NCBI GenBank assembly: GCA_040377305.1
Contig: JBEIPA010000011.1
Coordinates: 96,001-160,000, forward strand
Source of the DNA: Flavobacteriales bacterium
GTDB taxonomy: Bacteria > Bacteroidota > Bacteroidia > Palsa-965
Direction: 5' to 3'
DNA length: 64,000 nucleotides
A program made the translations under genes and the position numbers. The notes under the pieces were generated by a model, which saw nothing but the letters and a program-made list of their open reading frames with translations, had not been told where the DNA came from and ran no database searches. Within the stretch, counting starts at the first letter, position 1. Each line of letters starts with the position of its first letter. Below, piece by piece: positions 19,208-29,193 of the stretch.

Positions 19208-20200
19208 GTGGTAATCAGCCCTGTACGTCAGCATTCTCCTCTTGCATTGATCATCATTCCGGTGCTGGCGATCGCCCTGTGGATTCCCGCGTTCCTCCAT
19301 CCTTTAGCGCCGATACAACAGGTTGAAATGCCGCTGTATTCCTATCTGGATGTGTTTTTTCGGAACCATCATTATCTGGCATTGACGATTGGATTGCTGT
19401 TACTCATTGCTGAAGCGTTCATACTCAATCTGATTCTTCAGGCACACCAAGTCATCGTAAAAAAGAACTGGTTGCCCGCATTGCTTGTAATCGTTTTCGG
19501 TTCGTGTTCTCCGGGATTACTCTGGCCGAATGCCGAACAGTTCGCGGGGCTGCTGATTCTCTTTGTGATTCATATTCTGCTTGGAACTTACCGGCAGGAC
19601 AAATCATTCGGATCGGTTTTCAATAGCGGATTGCTCATCGGATTAGCAGCACAGCTCTACCTACCTACACTTGTATTTTTTCTGTTCGGTCTTATCGCAA
19701 TTATCATCCTTCGTCCTTTCATCTGGCGCGAATGGGTGATGCTGATTCTCGGTGTGCTCATTCCGTTTCTCTACGGCGGAGTTTATTATTTCTGGAATGA
19801 TGAGTACTCTGAAATCACGAGGCGGGTGATCACAGAACCAATCGCAAACCGCAGCTTTTTCTTAAAGCTCGACTCTGCAGATTACTTTCTCACAGCCATG
19901 ACACTTCTCGTACTGCTGGTGTCGGCCGGCCGATTGGTGTCAGGATCACTCACTTCCACACTCAAAACCAAGAAAGGGATTTCCGTTTTCCTGTGGTTTA
20001 CCTTCTTCGCATTAATTGCGGTGTTGCCTGCCCAGAATTTTGGTGTCGCCACATTCCGTTTTGTGATTTATCCGTTCGCGTTTTTCGCCTCAAACTACTT
20101 CCTCAACGCCCGCCGCGGTTGGATCGCCGAAGTCATTTTTACGCTTCTGCTGGCCGGAATCGGTGTTTCTTACCTGATAGAATCTGGTTTTACCATCTAA
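19208..20200 (+). CDS. DUF6427-like multi-pass membrane protein
   Basis: About 9 TM helices, LRPFIWREW motif; GTG 19208 chosen after the TAACTTTG box. Confidence 0.65.
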   Translation: MVISPVRQHSPLALIIIPVLAIALWIPAFLHPLAPIQQVEMPLYSYLDVFFRNHHYLALTIGLLLLIAEAFILNLILQAHQVIVKKNWLPALLVIVFGSCSPGLLWPNAEQFAGLLILFVIHILLGTYRQDKSFGSVFNSGLLIGLAAQLYLPTLVFFLFGLIAIIILRPFIWREWVMLILGVLIPFLYGGVYYFWNDEYSEITRRVITEPIANRSFFLKLDSADYFLTAMTLLVLLVSAGRLVSGSLTSTLKTKKGISVFLWFTFFALIAVLPAQNFGVATFRFVIYPFAFFASNYFLNARRGWIAEVIFTLLLAGIGVSYLIESGFTI

Positions 20201-20204
20201 CGGA

Positions 20205-20394
20205 TGCCTGCGGCGCTTACCACGGCGGCTCGGCGTTACGGCGTGTGCTTGGTGCGTGATTACCAATACCCATCCGGCGTTCACGGTGTTGTGATGTCAG
20301 GGTCCCAATCTTGACATTGATATACGCCGTGTCCTCCGGTTGGGCCTAAAACCATCAACACTTACTCCGTTTCGCCGTGGTTGGCCTCGCAGAG
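20205..20394. repeat. Gene-less CCACGG-family inverted-repeat element (copy A)
   Basis: TGCCTGCGGCGCTTACCACGGCGGCTCGGCGTTACGGCG 20205-20243; degenerate inverted end CGCCGTGGTTGGCCTCGCAG. Confidence 0.8.
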
Positions 20395-20487
20395 TCCCAA
20401 TGATTTTGTTAGGATCAAGTGAAAAATTTAGCAATTCCACTCCCGTCTCCCGGCTGACGTCTCCCGTCTATTAAGTAAATTTGCACT

Positions 20488-21180
20488 ATGAAATTCGGCG
20501 TTGTTATTTTCCCTGGATCCAACTGCGATCAGGACATGATTTATGTTCTCAAAGAGATCATGGGTCAGGAAGTTGTTGAACTCTGGCACAAAGATCACGA
20601 CCTTAAAGGCGTTGATTGCGTAGTACTTCCGGGAGGATTCTCGTACGGCGATTATTTGCGCTCTGGTGCAATCGCACGTTTCTCTCCTATCATGAACGAA
20701 GTAATTGATTTCGCTGGTAAAGGTGGATACGTTTTCGGAGTTTGCAACGGATTTCAGGTGCTCTGCGAATCGGGATTACTTCCGGGCGCATTGCTACATA
20801 ACACCGAACGTAAATTCAATTGCAGCAACGTTTACATCAAAGCACAAACGAACGATACACTTCTCACGTCAAAAGTTCCGACTTCAAAAGCGTTGAAAAT
20901 TCCAATCGCGCACGGAGAAGGTCGTTTCTATGCTGATGAGAAAACACTCCGCGAGTTGAACGCAAACGGACAAATTCTTTTCCGCTATTGCGATGAGAAC
21001 GGAGAAGTCACTCCGGAGTCAAATCCGAACGGAGCACTCGAAAATATTGCGGGCGTTTGTAATGCTGGGCGCAACGTATTCGGAATGATGCCACACCCGG
21101 AACGCGCTTCTGATCCGGAATTGTCGAATATCGACGGAAAAGTGCTGTTTCAGTCTTTGGTGAGCCTCGTGCACGCTTAA
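20488..21180 (+). CDS. purQ: Phosphoribosylformylglycinamidine synthase subunit I
   Basis: [41 protein letters not shown]. Confidence 0.97.
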   Translation: MKFGVVIFPGSNCDQDMIYVLKEIMGQEVVELWHKDHDLKGVDCVVLPGGFSYGDYLRSGAIARFSPIMNEVIDFAGKGGYVFGVCNGFQVLCESGLLPGALLHNTERKFNCSNVYIKAQTNDTLLTSKVPTSKALKIPIAHGEGRFYADEKTLRELNANGQILFRYCDENGEVTPESNPNGALENIAGVCNAGRNVFGMMPHPERASDPELSNIDGKVLFQSLVSLVHA

Positions 21181-21202
21181 ACTGAGCAGGTAAGATATCG
21201 GG

Positions 21203-21235
21203 AGGCTGTTTTCATTGAGAAAGCAGCCTTTTTTT
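21203..21235 (+). terminator. Intrinsic terminator
   Basis: AGGCTGTTTTC...GAAAGCAGCC followed by a T run. Confidence 0.65.
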
Positions 21236-21340
21236 CGGTCGATGTATTAGTATGATTTGTCGAATAATCGTTTGATTCCGGGTTCAAACTTCTCAACTTT
21301 TGTTCAGCAAACCCGGGAGAAAATCCCCTAAAATCTCTAC

Positions 21341-24055
21341 ATGAAAAAACTTTACTCCTCATTCGCGGTTCTGTGTGCAACAGCAATCACACTTTGCGCG
21401 CAACAACCAGAAGTCGGCACACCAGCTTACGCTCAGTGGTTGAATTCCCAGAACATTCAATCGCAACGTTTGATCGGACCAACGGTTCAACCATTAAACG
21501 GTAACGATACACTCACGACAACTTATTCGAACACGGCGTGCGGACTGAACTACAGTCTCACTTCAGTTCGTTTGGGACAACGTTTTGTTCCGGTTGGAGT
21601 TCCGCAACCAGCGGCAATGAACGTGAATGCAATGCCAACCTGCGGACAAGTTCTTCAGGCGTATCTCTACACCGAATGTCTCGGAGCTGCGGGTTCAATC
21701 ACTGCAACACTTACTGATCCTTCGAATACTACTACTGCAGTTCCCATGACATTGATCGGAAGCTCGCTTGATGTATGCTGGGGAATGGGTGGAACGCACA
21801 TGTGGCGTGCAGATGTAACGAGCCTCATCACTGGCGCTGGTACATACATGCTCAGTGGACTTCCGGTTTCCGCATCTCCTGCAACAGTAGACGTTGAAGG
21901 TGCAACACTTCTTATTATCTACGCAGATCCAACTGCATCGTACACAGGTTCAATTCAGATCGATGATGGTTGTCATACCGTACAAGGCGGAAACCTCTCG
22001 CACACGATGACAGGATTCAACGCGTGTTCAAACTCAACCGCAGGTTCAGCGTTTATGCTGGTTGGAGATATGCAATTGACCGGCTACAACATTAACATGA
22101 ATGGTAACGCAGTGGCACAACCACAATGGAATTGGTGGAATGAAGTTTCTGCACCAACGTCTGTTGTTTCCGGACAAAATTTCTGCGCTTTCACAATGTA
22201 TAATGCAGGCGACTGCTACACATTGGGTGTTGCCGGATTGTATTACCAATCTAACTGCAACTCATGTACACCACAACAAGTGGGACTCGCAGTTTCAGCA
22301 ACCGGAACTTCCGCGAGCTGCGGAAACAACGGAACTGCAACAGCAACAGCAACTGGCGGAAATGGTAACTACACGTACGTGTGGGCGCCAGGTGGACAAA
22401 CTACAGCTACGGCTACAGGTCTTGCTGCAGGTACATACACCGTGAACGTAACGGATGGAACTACATGCGGTACTGCAACTGTTACTATTGCGAATACGTC
22501 AATGTCAGTAACAACGTATGTTGTTGGTTCAAGTTGTATGTCAGCAACCGGAACTGCATCAGTATCAGTAACGGGCGGAACTGGTCCTTATACCTATGCA
22601 TGGTCACCGTCTGGTGGAAATACTTCAACTGCAACCGGACTTGCTCCAGGAAATTATACCTGTACAATTACAGACGCTGCATCGTGTACAACAACGGTTA
22701 CTGTAAATATTGCGAATGCCAGTCAACTGACAGCGTACGTGTATGCATGGCCAGACAGTTGTCCTTCACCAACAGGCAGTGCGTATATATGGCATTCAGG
22801 TGGTAATGGTCCATTCACTTATTTATGGTCGAACGGAAACACAACCAACAATCCTACAAACTTAGCGGCAGGTATTTACTGCTGTACAGTTACGGATGCT
22901 GCAGGATGTACTGCGACTGCGTGTGATACGGTTACTGCTGTTCCGAGCAACTTCTCACACGGCACAAATATGTTCGCTTATGTTTCCTGCGGCGATTCCG
23001 CAATGTTGACCGCGTGGAGTTCTGATCCGACATCAACGTTCAGCTGGTCACCTGCAAACCAATGCAACACGCCAACAAACGATTCCACGTACGCACATCC
23101 AACACAACCATTCACTGTGTTCTACGTTACAATCACAGGTTCTTGCGGAACAGCAGTTGACAGTGTGTGGGTTTTCACCGACAGCTTGAACTGGTACAAC
23201 GAGCAAATTTGTTTCGTGACTGTTGACACGGCGAATAACCACAACCTCATTACGTGGGAGCGCGCAAATTCACCGTCATCAGGAACGTACAACATTTATC
23301 GTGAGACTGCAGTTTCTGGTGTGTATGCTTTGATTGCAACGCAACCGGTTTCTCAGTTCACCACGTACCTCGATGTAACGTCAAATCCTTACGTGCAGCC
23401 GTACCGTTATCAGATCACTACAACTGATGTTTGCGGAAATGAATCCGATACGAGCTGGCATCACCGCAGCATTCACTTGCAGGCGAGTGCGTCTCCGTTC
23501 GGTGGGTGGAATTTGTTCTGGACAGCTTACGAAGGTTTGCCGATTGCGACTTACAACATTTATCGCGGCACAAACATTTCGAACATGACGTTGCTTACAC
23601 AGGTTTCCGGAAGCACATTTACGTACACAGATCTTACAGCGCCAATGGGTCCAATCTGGTACATGATTGAAGCTGTTCACCCGAATGGCGGATGTTCTCC
23701 TTCACGTTGGGCAGAACCAGGAAACACGTTCGATTACAGTTCAATGTTGTCAAACCTACATCTCGCAGATCCTCTTGGAATCAACAATGCCAACGCAATT
23801 CAGAATTCACTCACGGTATCTCCGAATCCAGGTAACGGGAATTTTGTATTGTCTTGCAACCTCGCGACCAGCGGACCGGCAACAGTTACAATCACGGATG
23901 CACTCGGACGAGTTGTGTTTACTGAAACCGGCGCTTCGAATGCTCCAACAATGACGATGTACCTTGATCTTTCTTCACTTGCAGCAGGAGTGTACAATGT
24001 GAAAGTGACGAATGGTGCGAGCGAAGGAGTTACGAAGCTGGTGATTACACAATAG
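21341..24055 (+). CDS. T9SS-secreted protein with SprB-type repeats and Fn3-like domains
   Basis: Three GG.GPYTY.W...L..G.Y..T.TD repeats; YNIYR modules; VSPNPGNG...GVYNV...KLVI CTD. Confidence 0.85.
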   Translation: MKKLYSSFAVLCATAITLCAQQPEVGTPAYAQWLNSQNIQSQRLIGPTVQPLNGNDTLTTTYSNTACGLNYSLTSVRLGQRFVPVGVPQPAAMNVNAMPTCGQVLQAYLYTECLGAAGSITATLTDPSNTTTAVPMTLIGSSLDVCWGMGGTHMWRADVTSLITGAGTYMLSGLPVSASPATVDVEGATLLIIYADPTASYTGSIQIDDGCHTVQGGNLSHTMTGFNACSNSTAGSAFMLVGDMQLTGYNINMNGNAVAQPQWNWWNEVSAPTSVVSGQNFCAFTMYNAGDCYTLGVAGLYYQSNCNSCTPQQVGLAVSATGTSASCGNNGTATATATGGNGNYTYVWAPGGQTTATATGLAAGTYTVNVTDGTTCGTATVTIANTSMSVTTYVVGSSCMSATGTASVSVTGGTGPYTYAWSPSGGNTSTATGLAPGNYTCTITDAASCTTTVTVNIANASQLTAYVYAWPDSCPSPTGSAYIWHSGGNGPFTYLWSNGNTTNNPTNLAAGIYCCTVTDAAGCTATACDTVTAVPSNFSHGTNMFAYVSCGDSAMLTAWSSDPTSTFSWSPANQCNTPTNDSTYAHPTQPFTVFYVTITGSCGTAVDSVWVFTDSLNWYNEQICFVTVDTANNHNLITWERANSPSSGTYNIYRETAVSGVYALIATQPVSQFTTYLDVTSNPYVQPYRYQITTTDVCGNESDTSWHHRSIHLQASASPFGGWNLFWTAYEGLPIATYNIYRGTNISNMTLLTQVSGSTFTYTDLTAPMGPIWYMIEAVHPNGGCSPSRWAEPGNTFDYSSMLSNLHLADPLGINNANAIQNSLTVSPNPGNGNFVLSCNLATSGPATVTITDALGRVVFTETGASNAPTMTMYLDLSSLAAGVYNVKVTNGASEGVTKLVITQ

Positions 24056-24126
24056 CAATACGCAATTGTCAATGCGCAATACGCAGTCTATAGGGCTTGC
24101 GTATTGCGCATTGTACATTGCGCATT
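24055..24126. repeat. Inverted heptamer array between convergent genes
   Basis: GCAATAC-type units; perfect IR CAATGCGCAATACGCA 24070-24085 / TGCGTATTGCGCATTG 24098-24113. Confidence 0.8.
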
Positions 24127-24700
24127 ATTTTTCGTAGAAATGCATCTCCTCACAATACTTCCAAGCTCCTTCAGGCATAAAGTATTGCATGTTCTTTTTC
24201 GCTTTGATCGCTTCGCGAATCATGGTTGAGGAAATACTCATTTGTGGTGCATCGGTCATCACCACACTTTTGTGCTTAGCAAACTCTCCGCCGGGAAACC
24301 CAGGTCGCGGGTACACGTAAATCTTGTAGCGCTCAAGAATCACTTCAAAGTTTTTCCACTTATTGAGCGATTCAATATTATCAGAACCCATGATGAGCGC
24401 GAATTCATCGTTCGGGTATTTTTCTTCGAGATGCGCCAGTGTGTTTACCGTGTACGAAGGTTGCGGCAGACTGAATTCAATATTGCTCGCCTTGTATTTC
24501 GGGTTTTCCCCAATAGCGGCGCGAACGAGTGCCAGGCGTTGAACATCGGAAAGCAGTGTAGCTTTTTTCTTCAGCGGATTGTGTGGCGTAACCACGAACC
24601 AGATTCTTTCAAGATCGGTGAACTCCAGCATGTAATTCGCCAGCACCATGTGACCGATGTGAATGGGATTAAACGATCCGAAGAAAAGTCCGATTTTCAT
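24125..24700 (-). CDS. nadD: Nicotinate-nucleotide adenylyltransferase
   Basis: FFGSFNPIHIGH, PSYTVNTL, IMGSDN, ISSTMIR. Confidence 0.96.
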   Translation of the reverse strand: MKIGLFFGSFNPIHIGHMVLANYMLEFTDLERIWFVVTPHNPLKKKATLLSDVQRLALVRAAIGENPKYKASNIEFSLPQPSYTVNTLAHLEEKYPNDEFALIMGSDNIESLNKWKNFEVILERYKIYVYPRPGFPGGEFAKHKSVVMTDAPQMSISSTMIREAIKAKKNMQYFMPEGAWKYCEEMHFYEK

Positions 24701-25272
24701 TGGGGTTGATTCAGAAAGCCTCGCACTATTTCTTCTGCACGTTTCAATGCTTCTTCGAGATTGTCGTTGAGCAAAACCGTATCGAAATGCACCGCATCGT
24801 CGAGTTCACTTTTGGCTTTCGCAATGCGCATCTGAATTTTCGATTCAGGCTCCGTTGCCCGCGAACGCAAACGTTTTTCCAAAGCAGCGACACTTGGCGG
24901 CATCACAAACACCGACAGCGCACGCTCACCGAATTTCTTCGCGAGATTAATTCCGCCTTTCACATCCACATCAAAAATTACGTGGTGACCTTTTCTCCAG
25001 ATGCGATCAACTTCAGCCTGCAACGTTCCGTACATCTGCCCGGGATAAACTTCTTCCCATTCTACAAACTCGCCGGCATCGATACGCTTTTTGAATTCTT
25101 CAACCGAGAAAAAATAGTAATCGCTGCCGTGATTTTCATCACCACGCAATGGGCGCGATGTGGCAGAAACCGAAAACTCAAGCTCAGGAAATACTTTCAG
25201 AAGGTGGTGGACAATCGTGGTCTTACCGGCACCCGAGGGAGCAGAGAAGATGACGAGCTTGCCGTTTTCCAT
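24697..25272 (-). CDS. gmk: Guanylate kinase
   Basis: SAPSGAGKTT, SVSATSR, EWEEVY...YGT, FDVDVKG; start reassigned to MENGK at 25272. Confidence 0.96.
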   Translation of the reverse strand: MENGKLVIFSAPSGAGKTTIVHHLLKVFPELEFSVSATSRPLRGDENHGSDYYFFSVEEFKKRIDAGEFVEWEEVYPGQMYGTLQAEVDRIWRKGHHVIFDVDVKGGINLAKKFGERALSVFVMPPSVAALEKRLRSRATEPESKIQMRIAKAKSELDDAVHFDTVLLNDNLEEALKRAEEIVRGFLNQPQ

Positions 25273-25303
25273 ACGCCAAAGATAGTGATAGGCATGAGAC
25301 GGG

Positions 25304-25506
25304 AAATTGGAACGCGGATTTTGTTGTTCGTTGTTTTCTATCGCTTTTCCCGGATGAGTCGGGGAGACTTCAACTGTTTTCCATCGGATTTTATGAGATA
25401 AACTCAAACTTATCTCATAAAATCAAATAGCCAGATTTTCTATTTACCGGAGTGATCCAATGGAACGACTAACACCAGACGGGCTTAGAAATCCGCGTTC
25501 CAATTT
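25304..25506. repeat. 203-bp MITE/REPIN-like element with 18-bp terminal inverted repeats
   Basis: AAATTGGAACGCGGATTT 25304-25321 / AAATCCGCGTTCCAATTT 25489-25506; internal IR GATTTTATGAGATAA / TTATCTCATAAAATC. Confidence 0.75.
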
Positions 25507-25512
25507 ACAACC

Positions 25513-26379
25513 CTAGAGTACGTTCAGAAGTTGCTCCTTTATCTTCTCCAACTCATCCTTCATCTCCACCACATATTTCTGGATTTCAGCGTCATTGGCT
25601 TTAGAACCAATCGTGTTAATCTCCCGCCCGATTTCCTGAGCAATGAATCCGAGCTTTCGGCCGCTCGATGCTTCTTTCATGGTGTCGAGAAAGTAATTGC
25701 AATGTGTGGTGAGACGTAATTTCTCCTCCGTGATGTCAAGCTTCTCCACGTAGTAAATCAGTTCCTGCTCGAAACGATTTTTATCGGTATGTTCAGCGGG
25801 AACATTCTCCGACATGTATTTGTTGAGTCGTTCGCGTACGGCTGCAATTCGTTGCGGATCGCGATCAGTCACTTCTTTCAGTTTGGTCTGAATCATTCCG
25901 ATACGCTGCGTGAATTCATTCGCAAGAACTTTTCCTTCGTCGTCGCGGAATTTCTGAAACGCATCAACGGCTTCATTCACGGCTTTCATCACGGCAACCC
26001 ATTCGTTTTCATCGGGAACAACTTTATCCTGCTTGAGAACATCGGGCATGCGCATGACAATTGCGAGAAGATCTTTTGTGTTATCGCCGTTTGCCTCAGC
26101 TACTTTTTTAAGCTCCTTATAGTATTCACTGGCAAGCGACTGGTTGACGATGTTGCTGCTTCCATCGCCGGTTGATTCTGCAAAAACAGTGAAATCAATT
26201 TTTCCTCGCTCTAGCGTGCGTGAAATCAGTCCGCGCATCTCAGATTCTTTATCGCGATACTGCGATGCCACACGAAAATTCAGATCGAGCTGTCTGCTGT
26301 TCAGTGAACGGATTTCAATCGTCACTTTTTTATTGGGCAACTCACATACTGCCTTGCCAAAACCGGTCATTGATTTCAT
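25513..26379 (-). CDS. yicC: YicC/YloC-family endoribonuclease
   Basis: MKSMTGFG, EIRSLNSR, GRKLGFIAQEIGREINTIGSKAN, ELEKIKEQ. Confidence 0.93.
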   Translation of the reverse strand: MKSMTGFGKAVCELPNKKVTIEIRSLNSRQLDLNFRVASQYRDKESEMRGLISRTLERGKIDFTVFAESTGDGSSNIVNQSLASEYYKELKKVAEANGDNTKDLLAIVMRMPDVLKQDKVVPDENEWVAVMKAVNEAVDAFQKFRDDEGKVLANEFTQRIGMIQTKLKEVTDRDPQRIAAVRERLNKYMSENVPAEHTDKNRFEQELIYYVEKLDITEEKLRLTTHCNYFLDTMKEASSGRKLGFIAQEIGREINTIGSKANDAEIQKYVVEMKDELEKIKEQLLNVL

Positions 26380-26413
26380 AGGGTCAAATATAGCAACATA
26401 AAAAGGCTAAGGA

Positions 26414-26440
26414 GTCATTGCGAGCCTGCGAAGCAATCTC
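26414..26440 (+). repeat. Single REP-like palindromic unit
   Basis: GTCATTGCGAG...CGAAGCAATCTC, a familiar dispersed-repeat signature; one copy in the window. Confidence 0.5.
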
Positions 26441-26500
26441 CTGTGACGAAACTCAGTGATAACGGTGCTGCGGCATGCACTTCATAAGCCTTTTTATGGT

Positions 26501-27394
26501 TCATGGAATACTCTTCCGTACAGTATTCTGGCTTGCCAAAAACACCCCAAGAAAAATGCAAAGACCCAGTACAACTTTTACCCACGTCAACTCATCTTTT
26601 CCAAGGTATAGAGCAATTGCCGCTGCGAACAGTGGTTGTGTATAGATGTAAGCGCTCACAACTGTCGGACTCAATACTTTCAACGAGAAAACATTCAGTA
26701 GGTATGCGATAAATGTAACACCAAGCACAACGAATGAAATATCAAACCAGGTTGCGCCTGTGAACGTAGACCACTGCGCATCCATCATTCCCGTCCAGCC
26801 AAGCGGCACAAGTATCGGCAGCCCGAAAAGGAATACCCATTTCAATACCGTTACCGTATTGTACTTCATCATTAATGGTTTTACAAACACCAGGAATGTT
26901 CCCCACGAAAGCGCATTGATGAAAATGAACAAATCGCCAAGTGCATTGTCTTCTTTTCCATTGCTGAGTGAACTGGAAAGAATCAGAAGTCCTGCGCCGG
27001 TGAGGCCTAACAATACTCCTGTGACACGCGTAGCCGTCAATTTCTCTTTCAGTACAATTGCCCCGATGATCAGTACGATGAGCGGAGATGTGATCATGAT
27101 TATCGCACCACTGATCGGCGATGTGAGCGACATTCCCTTGATGAAGAGCGACTGATTGATCGAAACACCGAACAAAGACAGAACGGCAATTCTTTTCAGG
27201 TCGGCTTTCTCCACTTTTTCCTTGATGAAAATTCCGGTGAGCCACAACAGCGGTGTAGCGCCGAGTACACGCACTGCAACAAATCCTGCCGGTGAAATGA
27301 ATTCCGGCGTAACCTGTTTGATGATCGTAAATCCCGCCGCGTAGATAATCATTGATGTGAGCAACGTAAGATGGGCGAGGAGGGTGCGATTCAC
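26501..27394 (-). CDS. EamA/DMT-family transporter
   Basis: About 10 TM helices in two EamA halves; LKEKL and YIYTQP motifs. Confidence 0.9.
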   Translation of the reverse strand: MNRTLLAHLTLLTSMIIYAAGFTIIKQVTPEFISPAGFVAVRVLGATPLLWLTGIFIKEKVEKADLKRIAVLSLFGVSINQSLFIKGMSLTSPISGAIIMITSPLIVLIIGAIVLKEKLTATRVTGVLLGLTGAGLLILSSSLSNGKEDNALGDLFIFINALSWGTFLVFVKPLMMKYNTVTVLKWVFLFGLPILVPLGWTGMMDAQWSTFTGATWFDISFVVLGVTFIAYLLNVFSLKVLSPTVVSAYIYTQPLFAAAIALYLGKDELTWVKVVLGLCIFLGVFLASQNTVRKSIP

Positions 27395-27412
27395 GGCGCA
27401 AAGGTAAGTATT

Positions 27413-27479
27413 CAGCGGCAGTGGCAGTTGCAGTCAGTATGCAGTTACTGCCACCTGACTGCAACTGCTACTGCCACTG
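27413..27479. repeat. Inverted hexamer array between divergent promoters
   Basis: CAGCGGCAGTGGCAGTTGCAGTCAG / CTGACTGCAACTGCTACTGCCACTG. Confidence 0.8.
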
Positions 27480-27497
27480 TTTTCACTACATTTGATC

Positions 27498-28616
27498 ATG
27501 GCTAAGAACGTAGTATTTACCCTTGTGCTTGTGTTGGGACTTCATGTATGCAACGCCCAAACCTTCACCGGCAAACCACAATACGACATCAACGTTTACC
27601 GCGATACAACGTATATCGGAACAACCAGGGTCGAATTGTTTCCGGCAATTGCTCCGCTGCACACGCACATGTTCGATAGCCTGGTGAGCACACAGTTCTA
27701 TGATAGCACGGCGTTTCATCGTGTAATTCCGGGATTCATGATTCAGGGTGGAGATCCGAATTCACGCAGCGGACCAATCAGCACCTGGGGACAAGGCCAA
27801 CCCTGGCAGCCAACCGTGAATGCAGAATTCACCGCAGCAAGACATTTGCGCGGAAGAATGTCGGCAGCACGTGACGCAAATCCGAACAGTGCAACTTCAC
27901 AATTCTTCATTTGTGTTGCAACAGCAAACTGGCTTGATGGACAATATTCAGTTTACGGACGCGTAGTTGGCGGAATGAATTTCGTAGACACCATTGTAAA
28001 CGAGCCTCGTGATGCGAACGACAATCCATTCATCAAGATGTCGATGTTCGTTGATTACGTAGGAGAAGTTGATACACTCGCAGTTCCGCCTACGCATAAC
28101 GCACCTGCGAATTTCTCATCGAGTAATTCAACATCACGTGTAGTTAGTTGGCTAGCGGTACCCGATGCAGCACTGTACAATCTTCAGGTGTCAACAGATT
28201 CAACTTTTGCAACTACTCATCTTGATGTGGATGTTGGAAACACAACGCGTCTTGTAAGCGGACTCACACTCGGACAAACTTATTACTGGCGATTACGCAG
28301 CAACAACGGCGGCGACACAAGCGCATTTACGCAGTGGTGGTGTTTCAACACTTCTCCAACTGGAATTGCAGAAGGAAGCGTTCAAAGTGAAGTAGTTGTT
28401 TATCCTAATCCAAGTGCAGGACAGTTCACCTTCGCCGACATGGAAGTTGGAAACACCATCGAAGTTTTCGATCTCTCCGGTCGCGTGATTTATACATCGA
28501 CTGCAAACAACGCCATCTGCATGGTTGATCTTTCAATGTTCACTAGTGGAGTTTACTTCTACGGCATTCGAAAGGACAACGAGAAAGTACAGCAAGGAAA
28601 ACTCGTCATCGAATAA
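27498..28616 (+). CDS. Cyclophilin-type peptidyl-prolyl isomerase with Fn3-like domain and T9SS CTD
   Basis: FHRVIPGFMIQGGDP, SATSQFFI, LDGQYSVYGRV; YYWRLRS; VYPNPS...GVYFY...GKLVIE. Confidence 0.9.
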   Translation: MAKNVVFTLVLVLGLHVCNAQTFTGKPQYDINVYRDTTYIGTTRVELFPAIAPLHTHMFDSLVSTQFYDSTAFHRVIPGFMIQGGDPNSRSGPISTWGQGQPWQPTVNAEFTAARHLRGRMSAARDANPNSATSQFFICVATANWLDGQYSVYGRVVGGMNFVDTIVNEPRDANDNPFIKMSMFVDYVGEVDTLAVPPTHNAPANFSSSNSTSRVVSWLAVPDAALYNLQVSTDSTFATTHLDVDVGNTTRLVSGLTLGQTYYWRLRSNNGGDTSAFTQWWCFNTSPTGIAEGSVQSEVVVYPNPSAGQFTFADMEVGNTIEVFDLSGRVIYTSTANNAICMVDLSMFTSGVYFYGIRKDNEKVQQGKLVIE

Positions 28617-28625
28617 CATCGTGAA

Positions 28626-28720
28626 TGCCTGCGGCGCTTACCACGGCGGCGCGGCGTTACGGAGAAAATCCTTTGGAATTATACCCAATACTATCGGGAC
28701 CGTGGTAAGCGCCGCAGGCA
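28626..28720. repeat. Gene-less CCACGG-family inverted-repeat element (copy B)
   Basis: Perfect 21-bp IR TGCCTGCGGCGCTTACCACGG 28626-28646 / CCGTGGTAAGCGCCGCAGGCA 28700-28720. Confidence 0.9.
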
Positions 28721-28727
28721 ACCGCAG

Positions 28728-29075
28728 TTATTTGGCAGCCTCTTTAAGGTTAGCAACATTCGTCTTTGAATTGCCGATGAAAATCTGACCGTTAATAATA
28801 GCGACCGGTCTTTTCAGAAAAGTATATTCTTCAAGAATCAATTTGCGATATTCTTTCTCCGTCGTCGGTTTCGGATCAAGCGATTTGTACTTCAATGCTA
28901 CACGCGAGAAAAGTGCTTCGTAGCTACCCGCCATCTTTTTCATTTCATCCAGTTGCGCCGCAGTAATTGGTTGTGTCTTGATATCCTGCAACTCAAAACC
29001 TTTCGGTGTGATCTTGCAATCTTTCATGATGCGCGCACAAGTGGAGCAGGTGGAGAGGTAGTACATTTTTTTCAT
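28728..29075 (-). CDS. ArsC/Spx-family protein
   Basis: YYLSTCSTCARI (CxxC), LFSR, FLKRPV. Confidence 0.85.
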   Translation of the reverse strand: MKKMYYLSTCSTCARIMKDCKITPKGFELQDIKTQPITAAQLDEMKKMAGSYEALFSRVALKYKSLDPKPTTEKEYRKLILEEYTFLKRPVAIINGQIFIGNSKTNVANLKEAAK

Positions 29076-29090
29076 GTCGTAAAGATAAAA

Positions 29091-29176
29091 GTTCCCCGTT
29101 TCCAGTTCCGGGTTTCCCGTTAAGTTGGACTAAGTAACGATATTCAACAGGGAACTGGAAACAGGGAACGGGGAAC
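29091..29176. repeat. Inverted heptamer array between divergent genes
   Basis: GTTCCCC/GTTTCCA/GTTCCGG/GTTTCCC mirrored by GGGAAC/GGAAAC units. Confidence 0.8.
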
Positions 29177-29193
29177 AGTAGTACATTTGCATC

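Noticed and set aside
25273-25407. N-terminal extension of Gmk in the ORF track
   Set aside because: It reads through the inverted-repeat element; homology starts at MENGKLVIF.
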